64,000 nucleotides of DNA from Pristiophorus japonicus. Lineage: Eukaryota. Made by a program: the position numbers and the translations under genes. The notes beneath the pieces were generated by a model, which worked only from the letters and a program-made list of their open reading frames with translations, did no database searches and was not told the origin of the DNA. The stretch's first letter is position 1; each line of letters opens with the position of its first letter. The stretch spans positions 109,678,001-109,742,000 of the forward strand of contig NC_091983.1 in NCBI RefSeq assembly GCF_044704955.1. Direction: 5' to 3'. This document shows positions 38,101 to 48,532 of this stretch, piece after piece.

Positions 38101-40800
38101 TAAGTACTCTGGGATGCAGTCCATCAGGCCCTGGGGATTTATCGGCCTTCAATCCCATCAATTTCCCCAACACAATTTCCCGACTAATAAAGATTTCCCT
38201 CAGTTCCTCCTCCTTAATAGACCCTCTGACCACTTTTATATCCGGAAGGTTGTTTGTGTCCTCCTTAGTGAATACTGAACCAAAGTACTTGTTCAATTGG
38301 TCTGCCATTTCTTTGTTCCCAGTTATGACTTCCCCTGATTCTGACTGCAGGGGACCTACGTTTGTCCTTACTAACCTTTTTCTCTTTACATACCTATAGA
38401 AACTTTTGCAATCCGCCTTAATGTTCCCTGCAAGCTTCTTCTCGTACTCCATTTTTCCTGCCCTAATCAAACCCTTTGTCCTCCTCTGCTGAGTTCTAAA
38501 TTTCTCCCAGTCCCCAGGTTCGCTGCTATTTCTGGCCAATTTGTATGCCATTTCCTTGGCTTTAATACTATCCCTGATTTCCCTAGATAGCCACGGTTGA
38601 GCCACCTTCCCTTTTTTATTTTTACGCCAGACAGGAATGTACAATTGTTGTAATTCATCCATGCGGTCTCTAAATGTCTGCCATTGCCCATCCACAGTCA
38701 ACCCCTTAAGTATCATTAGCCAATCTATCTTAGCCAATTCATGCCTCATACCTTCAAAGTTAGCCTTCTTTAAGTTCTGGACCATGGTCTCTGAATTAAC
38801 TGTTTCATTCTCCATCCTAATGCAGAATTCCACCATATTATGGTCACTCATCCCCAAGGGGCCTCGCACAATGAGATTGCTAATTAATCCTCTCTCATTA
38901 CACAACACCCAGTCTAAGATGGCCTCCCCCCTAGTTGTTTCCTCGACATATTGGTCTAGAAAACAATCCCTTATGCATTCCAGGAAATCCTCCTCCACCG
39001 TATTGCTTCCAGTTTGGCTAGCCCAATCTATGTGCATATTAAAGTCACCCATTATAACTGCTGCACCTTTATTGCATGCACTCCTAATTTCCTGTTTGAT
39101 GCCCTCCCCAACATCACTACTACTGTTTGGAGGTCTGTACACAACTCCCACTAACGATTTTTGCCCTTTAGTGTTCTGCAGCTCTACCCATATAGATTCC
39201 ACATCATCCAAGCTAATGTCTTTCCTAACTATTGCATTAATCTCCTCTTTAACCAGCAATGCTACCCCACCTCCTTTTCCTTTTATTCTATCCTTCCTGA
39301 ATGTTGAATACCCCTGGATGTTGAGTTCCCAGCCCTGATCATCCTGGAGCCACGTTTCCGTAATCCCAATCACATCATAATTGTTAACATCTATTTGTAC
39401 AGTTAATTCATCCACCTTATTGCGGATACTCCTTGCATTAAGACACAAAGCCTTCAGGCTTGCTTTTTTAACACCCTTTGTCCTTTTAGAATTTTGCTGT
39501 ACAGTGGCCCTTTTTGTTCTTTGCCTTGGGTTTCTCTGCCCTCCACTTTTCCTCATCTCCTTTCTGTCTTTTGCTTTTGCCTCATTTTTGTCTCCCTCTG
39601 TCTCCCTGTATAGGTTCCCATCCCCCTGCAATATTAGTTTAACTCCTCCCCAACAGCACTAGCAAACACTCCCCCTAGGACATTGGTTCCGGACCTGCCC
39701 AGGTGCAGACCGTCCGGTTTGTACTGGTCCCACCTCCCCCAGAACCGGTTCCAATGCCCCAAGAATTTGTATCCCTCCCTGCTGCACCACTGCTCAAGCC
39801 ATGTATTCATCTGCGCTATCCTGCGATTCCTACTCTGACTAGCACGTGGCACTGGTAGCAATCCCGAGAATACTACTTTTGAGGTCCTACTTTTTAATTT
39901 AGCTCCTAGCTCCTTAAATTCTTTTCGTAGGACCTCATCCCTTTTTTTACCTATGTCGTTGGTACCAATGTGCACCACGACAACTGGCTGTTCTCCCTCC
40001 CATTTCAGAATGTCCTGCACCCGCTCCTTACAAAAGAAGAGTGGAGGCCATGCATTCCCAGATGTTGGGGGCAGTGGCAAAGGTGCCGGACAGGCTGTCG
40101 GAAGTGGTCAGGAGCATGGAGGAGTCTGCTTTCCGCTTTGTTGACAGCTCTGCGCACTCCATGGAGCCCATCATTACCAGTGTGCAGGCGATGGTGGACT
40201 CCCAGAGAGACCATGCGGATCCAGCTGTGATGCCGCAACTGGTAGGTGATGTGGCAGCTGCCATTGCAGAAAGGGAACGAGCGCATCGATGCTGCTTGCA
40301 GAGGATGGTCGCGGCTCCGCAAGAATCAATGGAGCATCTAAGTGTTGTCATATCTGGTGGTTTTGAGGCTCTGGCTGCTCTCATGCAGTCTCAGCTGGAT
40401 GCCATCTGACACTGCAGTGTTGCCTTTGTGGCTGGATCCACCACGGGCCATGGGGGAGCTTCCGGTGTGGTGCCACAGCACCAACCTGAGCTCCTTCAGA
40501 TTGGTGGTGGTGGTAATGTGCCGCCCCCAGGGAGTGACGCAGGCTACTCAAACCAGGATCCCGATGATGTGCTATCCCAGGATCACACCATTCCTGACTC
40601 AAGACCTGTCACTCCGCTATTGCCTCCAAACATGGAGTCGCCAGAGCCAAGGCCAACTGAACCCTCCCAGCCAGCCCTTCCAGGGCTGGAGCTGGTCGAG
40701 GGAAAGGGACATCTGTAGCTTCCACACAGGAAATGCAGCAGCCTTCCCAGACCTATGAGGCAACCACAGGAAAGACGTTGCATCATAGTAATAGGATAGG
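35200..40800 (+). pseudogene. Myb/SANT-like DNA-binding gene of Harbinger 2 (spliced, split by CR1)
   Basis: FSDAELETLMQAVEERR..AWREIAEEV..QC.KR, donor GTAAGT 35441; ERKTGG..LTP..V exon with donor 35860; acceptor 36002; frame resumes after the CR1 as YKRRVEAMHSQMLGA. Confidence 0.75.
36551..40026 (-). mobile_element. Young CR1 LINE (subfamily A): ORF1 3' part plus ORF2 with one frameshift
   Basis: APE-RT ORFs 37526-39631 and 36649-37581, frameshift in a G/C run near 37550; esterase motifs HIGTND, DGLHL; 6-bp duplication CTTACA (36545-36550, 40027-40032). Confidence 0.97.
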
Positions 40801-41038
40801 CACACGTAGGAAGGATTATAAGGAAATGCACAAGGGTGAGAAATTATGTTTTGTTGTTTTTTGGCATCGTTTTTTATGAATACGTGGATCTTTATTTTAT
40901 GTTGATATATGTGGCCAGGTTTATGATGAAATAAATCTTTATTTTGTGTTGATATATCTGAGCTGGTGTATCATTTGACAATGGGCAATGATGGATGGCC
41001 ATGTAAAGGCGAAGTTGAAGGGAGGTATGGACTTGAAA

Positions 41039-44000
41039 TTAAGTAAAACGAGCAGCAATCAGATGGCTCTGCACCTCCTTTGCAGGGTTGGGATGGCGAC
41101 ACCTCCTGGTTTGCTGCCGATGTGCATCCTGGTCCTCCTCTTCCTGCGCCTCCTCCTGAGGTGGAACTGGTGGATCCACCTCCAGCGGCTGGCCCCTCAT
41201 GATGACCAGGTTATGTAGCATGCAGCAGACCACGATGAAAATGGAGACCCGCTCAGGCGAGAATTGCAATGCACCAGCAGAGCGATCAAAGCAACGGAAC
41301 CTATGTTTGAGGATGCCTATGCAGTGTTCAATTCGGCACCTGGTGGTGGAATGAGCGTCATTGTATAAGTATTCGGCAGCATTCCTGGGGTTCCGAAGGG
41401 GAGTCATGAGCCATGTGGACAGGGCATAGCCCTTGTCCCCAGGCAGCCATCCACAATGCTGGTTTGGCCCCAAGAAGACGATGGGTACACTGCTCTGGCA
41501 CAAGACGAAGGAATTGTGGCTGCTGTCTGGGTACCGGGTGTCATATATGTACATTCTGTTTGTAGCCACCAGATGGCGTCATTGTTGGAGGCCACTGAGC
41601 AGCACGCACATGGTGCTGCTCCGGTGTAAAAGGCCAGCCATTTTAAGAGTCAGGCAAGTTGGGTCTAAATAAAGTAGAGCCAAGGTTGTACCTTGCTTAG
41701 TTAAACAGTATTCAGTTTCAACCTTTATTGCATTCATAACATTTGGCGACGAGAATACAAGAACCTTTGTTTGCAAAATGAGCACAATTGGATTTTTAGT
41801 GCGATTAGTGGAGGGAGAAGATTGGGCTGACTTTGTGAGCCATTTGAACCAGCACTTCATGGCCAACAAAATGAAGGGGGTCGACGATGCAGATCGGCGC
41901 CGGGCTGTGTTCCTCACTGTATGTGGTTCAAAGATCTACGGTCTGATAAAGAATCTACTCATGCCGAGTGATCCAACAGAGAAAACGTACGAGGAATTGT
42001 GTACATTGGTACGGGACCATTTCAAGCCAGACAACGGCCTCATCATCTCGAGGTACAGGTTTTATACACACATTCGATTGGAGGGCCAGAGCACGGCGGA
42101 ATTCGTTGCCGAACTGAGACGTCTAGCGGGATCGTGCAAGTTCGGGACGGTGTTGGCAGACATGCTGAGGGACTTCTTTGTTATTGGTATCAACCACGAG
42201 GTGATTGTGCACAAACTTTTGGCGATGGAGGAGTTGGATTTAAAAAGGGCCATCCAGATCGCTCAATCATGTATGATGACGGACAGGAGCCTAAAGCAAA
42301 TAGCGGTGAAGAACCGAACCTCGGCAAGTACAGTCAATGCGATTTATTCGGCGTTCCGCAGAGCGGCACATGGCAGGGCCTATTCGGCTGCGTTCATGAA
42401 ACCTGTGGCTGCCCAAAGTCTGCCGAGAATTTATCCGACTTCTCCATGTTGGCGTTGTGGGGGAAATCATCGGCACCAGCAGTGCCGATTTAAGCAATAT
42501 AGTTGCAAAGGCCGCAGATGAGCAAGCGAGCTGCGACACACCACGTGGAGGATGAGAGTCAGACTAGCGCAGATCTGGATACGCAATCCGAGATGCCAGA
42601 GGAGGAAGTGTATGGACTGTACTCCTTCATAACCAAGCGTAAACCAATTTTGATTAAGGTGAAGTTTAATGAGATACCGGTATCGATGGAACTGGACACA
42701 GGGGCGAGTCAATCGATCATGAACGAGAAGGCATTTAATAAGCTGTAGGATACTGAGACTGTGAGGCCCAGGCTGAGCCCTGTTAACGCCAAGCTGCGCA
42801 CATATACCAAAGAACTGATAAAGGTGATTGGCAGTGCACAAATTAAAGTGTCATATAATGGTACAGTTCACGAGTTACCGCTGTGGATTGTTCCAGGCAA
42901 TGGCCCAACGCTGCTCGGCAGGAGCTGGTTGGAGAAAATCAGATGCGACTGGAACGACATAAAGGCGTTGTTGTTGGAGGAAGATACATGTGCCCAAGTA
43001 TTGAGCAAGTTCCCCTTGCTGTTCGAACTGGGTATCGGCAACTTCACGGGAGCCAAGGTACAGATCCACGTGGACTCAGATGCAAGACCCGTCCATCATA
43101 AAGCTTGGGCAGTTCCGTATATGATGAGGGAGAAGGTCGAAATTGAACTCGACAGACTCCAGCGTGAAGGGATCATATCATCGGTCAAATTTAATGAATG
43201 GGCCAGCCCAATTGTTCCTGTGCTGAAAAGTGATGGCACAGTCAGAATCTGTGGAGACTACAAGGCTACGATCAACAGGGTTTCGAAACAAGATCAGTAC
43301 CCATTACCGAAGACTGATGACTTGTTTGCGATGCTAGCTGAAGAGAAGTCGTTCACAAAACTGGACTTGACGTTGGCCTATATGACACAGGAGTTGGTCG
43401 AGACGTCGAAGAGACTTATGTGCATTAACACGCACAAAGGACTTTATTTACCACAGGTGCCCTTTCGGAATTTGCGCGGCTGCAGCAATATTCTAGAGGA
43501 ATATGGAAAGTCTACTGAAGTCCGTTCCCAGAACCATTATGTTCCAAGATGATATCCTGATCACCGGTTGTGACTCCATGGCACCGGAGGTCAAATTCCT
43601 CAGGAGGAAAATTGCCACTGATGGCATCAGAACTACTGACGTGGAAACCAAAGCCATTAAGAATGCATCCAAGCCACAGAATGTGATGGAGCTGCATTTG
43701 TTCCTTGGTCTACTCAACTAGTTTGGTAATTTCCTACCTAAATTGAGCACCTTACTAGAACCACTGCACATGCTATTGAGAAAAGGCGACAACTGGGTGT
43801 GGGGCGCATCGTAAGACAGAGCTTTCGAGAAAGCCACCAATCTGCTTTGCTCAAACGAGCTGCTGGTACATTATGATCCATGTAAACATTTAGTTTTGGC
43901 CTGTGACGCATCGTCATATGGAATTGGTTGCGTACTCCATCAAGCCAATGAGTCGGGGAAACTTCAACCTGTCGCGTATGCATCCAAAAGTTTGTCTAAA

Positions 44001-46841
44001 GCAGAAAAAGCCTATAGCATGGTCGAAAAAGAAGCTTTAGCGTGTGTGTATGGTGTTAAAAAGATGCATCAATACCTGTTTGGTCTGAGGTTCGAATTAG
44101 AGACGGATCACAAGCCGCTCATTTTATTGTTTTCTGAGAGCAAAGATATCAATAACAACGCTTCATCCCGCATCCTAAGGTGGGCGCTGACATTATCTGC
44201 CCATGATTATGTCATTCGCTACAGACCGGGCACAGAGAATTGTGCCGATATTTTGAGCAGGTTGCCGTTGCCCACACCGGATATGAAAACGCCACAACCG
44301 GCGGATCTAATGTTAATCATGGATGCTTTTGAGAGTGAAGGAACCCCTGTCACGGCTCAACAAGTTAAGACCTGGACCAGCCAGGACCCGATTTTATTGG
44401 TGGTAAAGAGTTGCATCCTCAAAGGGGATTGGTCTGCCATACCTAAGCAAATGTGCGAGGAGGCCAAAAAGTACATTCGTCGCAAGGATGAACTGTCTAT
44501 TCAAGCAGATTGCATATTGTGGAGCAATCGCGTTGTAATGCCCAAGAAAGGGAGAGAGAAATGTGTGCGTGAGTTACACAGCACACATCATAGTATCATG
44601 ATGATGAAGGCCATCGCCAGGTCCCATGTATGGTGGCCAGGAATTGATTCTGAGCTGGAAGCATGCATGAATCAGAACAACACTTGCATGCAGCTCAGCA
44701 AAGCACCAGCGGAATCGCCGCTGAGTCTGTGGTCATGGCCATCCAAACCTTGGTCCAGGATCCATGTAGATTTTTCAGGTCCTTTCCTGGGCAAGATCTT
44801 TTTCGTGGTGATGGACGCTTATTCAAAGGGGATAGAATGCATAATCATGTCATCCAGCATGTCCACAGCAACCATGGAGAATCTCAATGTCATGTTCGCG
44901 ACACATGGTCTGCCTGACATTGTGGTGAGTGACAATGGGTCGTGCTTCACCAGTCAGGAGCTTCAGCAGTTTGTGAAACTTAATGGCATAAAACATGTAA
45001 GGTCAGCACCATTGAAGCCTGTGTCCAATGGGCAAACTGAACATGCAGTTCAAATTATCAAGCAAAGCATGAGGAGAGTAACTCAAAGGGTCACTGCAGA
45101 CCCGCTTGTCCTGCATACTGCTGAGTTACAGGACAAGACCCCACACACTCACAGGGGTCTTGTCTGCTGAACTCATGATTAAGACCAAGCTATCTCTGGT
45201 ACACCCGGATTTAAATAATCATGTTGAATACAGAAGACAAAGTCAACAAGGATACCACAATCGCGCAACTGTGTCACGCGAGATTTCTGTTAATGGTCGT
45301 GTATATGTGTTCAATTATGGTCAGATCGCTGGTACGGTCATGGCCAAGGAGGGCAACAGAGAATTCATTATTGAGCTCAAGAATGGGCAAACTTGCAAGA
45401 AACACATGGATCAAACAAAGTTGAAGCACACAGACGAGCCAGAACAGTCGGACGAAGAAACCATCGATGACCAACCAACCTACCAGCAGCCTTCAGAGGA
45501 CTCAAGGGTCATCAGTGAACCCAGAATTTCCATCAAGGACCTGTTCAATAAAAATGGACTTGCAATTCCTGACATGGCCACTGCCACCTCCAACAAGTCA
45601 GTCATCCAGCCATCAGCCACAACAGACCTCGAACACTCACCCAAGGCTGGAATGGAACTGAGACAGTCAACCCGGGAGCGCAAAACACCGGACCGTCTCA
45701 ACCTGTGAAAGACTATGAAAAGATCTCAGAGGTGGGTATTGTCATGTATGTACATTCTGTTTGTAGCCACCAGATGGCGTCATTGTTGGAGGCCACTGAG
45801 CAGCACGCACATGATGCTGCTCAGGTATAAAAGGCCAGCCATTTTGAGAGTCAGGCACTTTGGGCCTAAATAAAGCAGAGCCAAGGTTATACCTTGCTTA
45901 GTTCAACAGGACTCAGTTTGAACCTTTATTGCATACATAACACTGTTCATCAACTGCCAATATCCTGCGCTGGTGGTCGCACACCAGCTGCACATTCAGG
46001 GAGTGGAATCCCTTTCGTTTAATGTAAATTTCAGAGTGATGTTGTGGTGCCCTCAGGGCAACATGTGTGTCATCGATAGCCCCCTGCACCCTGGGGAACC
46101 CCGCAATGCGGACAAATCCGGCCTGCCACTTCACTTGCTTCTCCCTCATCATGGGGAAGAAGATGTAATCAACTCTTCTTTTATAGAGGGCATTGGTCAC
46201 TTGCCGGATGGAGCGATGGGCAGAAAACAGGGAAATATTCTAAATGTCTGCAGTTGCAGACTGGAATGAGCCAGTCACATAAAAGTTCAGTGTGATGGTC
46301 ACCTTTGTCTTGATGCTGAGACCTGTCCTCAACCTTGTCTGAGGATGCAGATCTGCCCACAAGACATTGCAAAGCTCTCTCAGGATGTCCTACCTAAACC
46401 TCAGCCTTTGCACGCATTGCTCATCGCTGAACTGCAGGAAGAAAAACTGAAGTCGGTCCATCCTTACACGGTAGTGCCTCCTTGTCCCAGATCAGGCCTT
46501 GACTCCTTTGATTCCCTTCCTCCTCAAGCTCTTGTTCTTCCTCAGCCACTGGAGGCTGAAGCTGGCAAGCCTCTGGCTCCTCACCCACTACCACCCACTA
46601 CCAGGTGAGGTGGGTCAGCATACCTTACCCCCTCTGACATCACCTCCTTCCTGCCCAGACTCTCTGCGTTCAGGTCTGTGCCCATCTCCAGCTCCTGCTC
46701 CATGCTGGGCTGTTGCCTCCCTTTCCCACTGCCACTGTGCCCATTGCTGATGGCACCGCCTTCTCCTGCGTGCCATCCTGCCTCGCACAATCTGGACAAG
46801 GCATTCCCCTGTCAACACAGAGCCCATCGCGTTTTCAGCAT
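41039..46841 (-). pseudogene. HARBI1-like transposase of Harbinger 2, split by Gypsy 4
   Basis: LNFYVTGSFQ, GFPRVQGAIDDTHVALRAP, RKGFHSLNVQLVCD..ILAVD | ARYPDSSHNS, GDKGY, YNDAHSTTRCRIEHCIGILKHRFRC, CCMLHN. Confidence 0.94.
41539..45942 (+). mobile_element. Gypsy 4: full-length decayed Ty3/Gypsy element
   Basis: 203-bp LTRs 41539-41741 and 45740-45942; PBS TGGCGACGAG at 41744; gag from 41778 with CCHC, protease LDTGA, RT FQDD, RNase H, integrase; flanks CCGGG / CTGTT match poorly. Confidence 0.97.
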
Positions 46842-47325
46842 GAACCCTCACTTGGAGATCTCTGTGCAAAAGTGAATAAGGCCCCAGGCCACTAGTAGTG
46901 ACTGTGAGTATAAAACACCACTTTTTAGAAGTCAGCAAAAATTGACAAAAGTCCTCAACAAAGCATTTTCAACAACTCTGCAAAATCTTCATCGACAATT
47001 ATGGTGATTCGATCAAAACTCCGTTGTCCTGCTCTGGCTGTATCGAGCAGCCCGGCTCAATGCTCCGACACAAAAAGCTGTCGGGGGCACCACCAGGAAT
47101 CAGGTAGGTCTTTTTATCCTGAATTTGTGGTGAGAGGCGGATCATCACTGCTGCAACCACAGTACCATTGCAGAAGACAGCCGATGGGGGCAGAAGTCAG
47201 CACCGGTAGAACAAGGGCCGAGCTGAATTTCGGTTGCGACGGCCATTTCATCAGAAAGCGGTGGCCACTCGACTTCGCCGCATGGCCGCCGTAATGGCCC
47301 TTATTCGGGAGCTGAATTTTGGCCC

Positions 47326-47741
47326 TGCTGGGTCTGTTTTCTTTAGAACAGAGGAGGCTGAGGGGAGACCTTATTGAGGTGTATAAAATTATGAGGGGCC
47401 TGATTGATGGATAGGAAGGACCTGTTTCCCTTGGCAGAGGGGTCACAACTAGGGGCATAGATTTAAAGTAACTGGGGGGAATTTTAGAGGAGATATGAGG
47501 GGAAATTTCTTCACACAGAGGATGGTGGAGGTCTGGAACTCACTACCTGAAAGAGATGTAGAGGCAGAAACCCTCATCACATTAAAAAAATACTTGGATG
47601 TGCACTTAAAGTGCCGTAACCTGCAGGGCTACGGACCAAGAGCTGGAAAGTGGGATTAGGCTGGAGAGCTCTTGGTCGGTCAGTGCTGCACGATAGACTG
47701 AAATGGCCTCCTTCCGTGCTGTAAATTTCTATGATTCTATG
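47326..47741 (+). mobile_element. Older CR1 3' end (host of Harbinger 2)
   Basis: LGLFSLEQRRLRGDLIEVYKIMRG; tail TTTCTATGATTCTATGA; its upstream continuation lies at 34863-34881. Confidence 0.88.
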
Positions 47742-47815
47742 ACTGTCTTACAAGACAAGGAACAACCAATAGGATTTGTCATTGGAGTGATACTGTACTT
47801 ATTCTAAGAGATTAC

Positions 47816-47979
47816 GGGCTAGATCTTCATGTTTTTTGCATGCTTATCGCCCACTTAACACCCATTTTACCGCTGAAATGATGTGTAACGCCCATATATC
47901 GCCCATTTAGCCACAAAATGGAAACTGATGGCCATTTTTTGGAAACTTATCGCCGAGCTTTACTTTCTCCATGTGCGTA
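47816..47979. mobile_element. Left-end fragment of the Harbinger 3 family
   Basis: Collinear with 59858-60020 (CCCACTTAAC.CCCATTT..GCTGAAATGA, AATGGAAACTGA). Confidence 0.8.
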
Positions 47980-48532
47980 TGGTACGCAGGTACAGCAGGC
48001 GGTGAAGAAGGCAAATGGTATGTTGGCCTTCATAGCTAGGGGATTTGAGTGTAGGAGCAGGGAAGTCTTACTGCAGTTGTACAGGGCCTTGGTGAGGCCT
48101 CACCTGGAATATTGTGTTCAGTTTTGGTCTCCTAATCTGAGGAAGGACATTCTTGCTATTGAGGGAGTGCAGTGAAGGTTCACCAGACTGATTCCTGGAA
48201 TGGCTGGACTGACCTATGAGGAGAGACTGGATCAACTGGGCCTTTATACACTGGAGTTTAGAAGGATGAGAGGGGATCTCATCGAAACATATAAGATTCT
48301 GACGGGACTGGACAGGTTAGATGCGGGAAGAATGTTCCCGATGTTGGGGAAGTCCAGAGCCAGGGGACACAGTCTTAGGATAAGGGGCAGGCCATTTAGG
48401 ACTGAGATGAGGAGAAACTTCTTCACTCAGAGAGTTGTTAACCTGTGGAATTCCCTGCTGCAGAGAGTTGTTGGTGCCAGTTCATTGAATATATTCAAGA
48501 GGGAGTTAGATATGGCCCTTACAGCTAAAGGG
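47980..48532 (+). mobile_element. CR1 fragment (subfamily B) lacking its 3' UTR and tail
   Basis: QVQQAVKKANGML..KRELDMALTAKG, then abuts the tail of the opposite-strand CR1. Confidence 0.93.

Larger units (their letters stand above)
34882..47325. mobile_element. Harbinger element 2: complete two-gene PIF/Harbinger transposon with nested CR1 and Gypsy
   Basis: TIRs GGGCCGAAATTCAG (34882) and CTGAATTTTGGCCC (47312-47325), 13/14; CTG near both ends; splits an old CR1 (GAAAGATTGGAGATA..CTGGGTCTGTTTTC); convergent Myb-like and transposase genes. Confidence 0.9.

Noticed and set aside
39960-40026. Two young CR1s truncated about 55 bp apart in ORF1 (compare 56527)
   Set aside because: Breakpoints differ and two cases cannot show a hotspot.
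41039-46841. Domesticated HARBI1 host gene
   Set aside because: Flanked by TIRs, paired with a Myb-like gene, and carries stops and an LTR insertion; it is a dead transposon.
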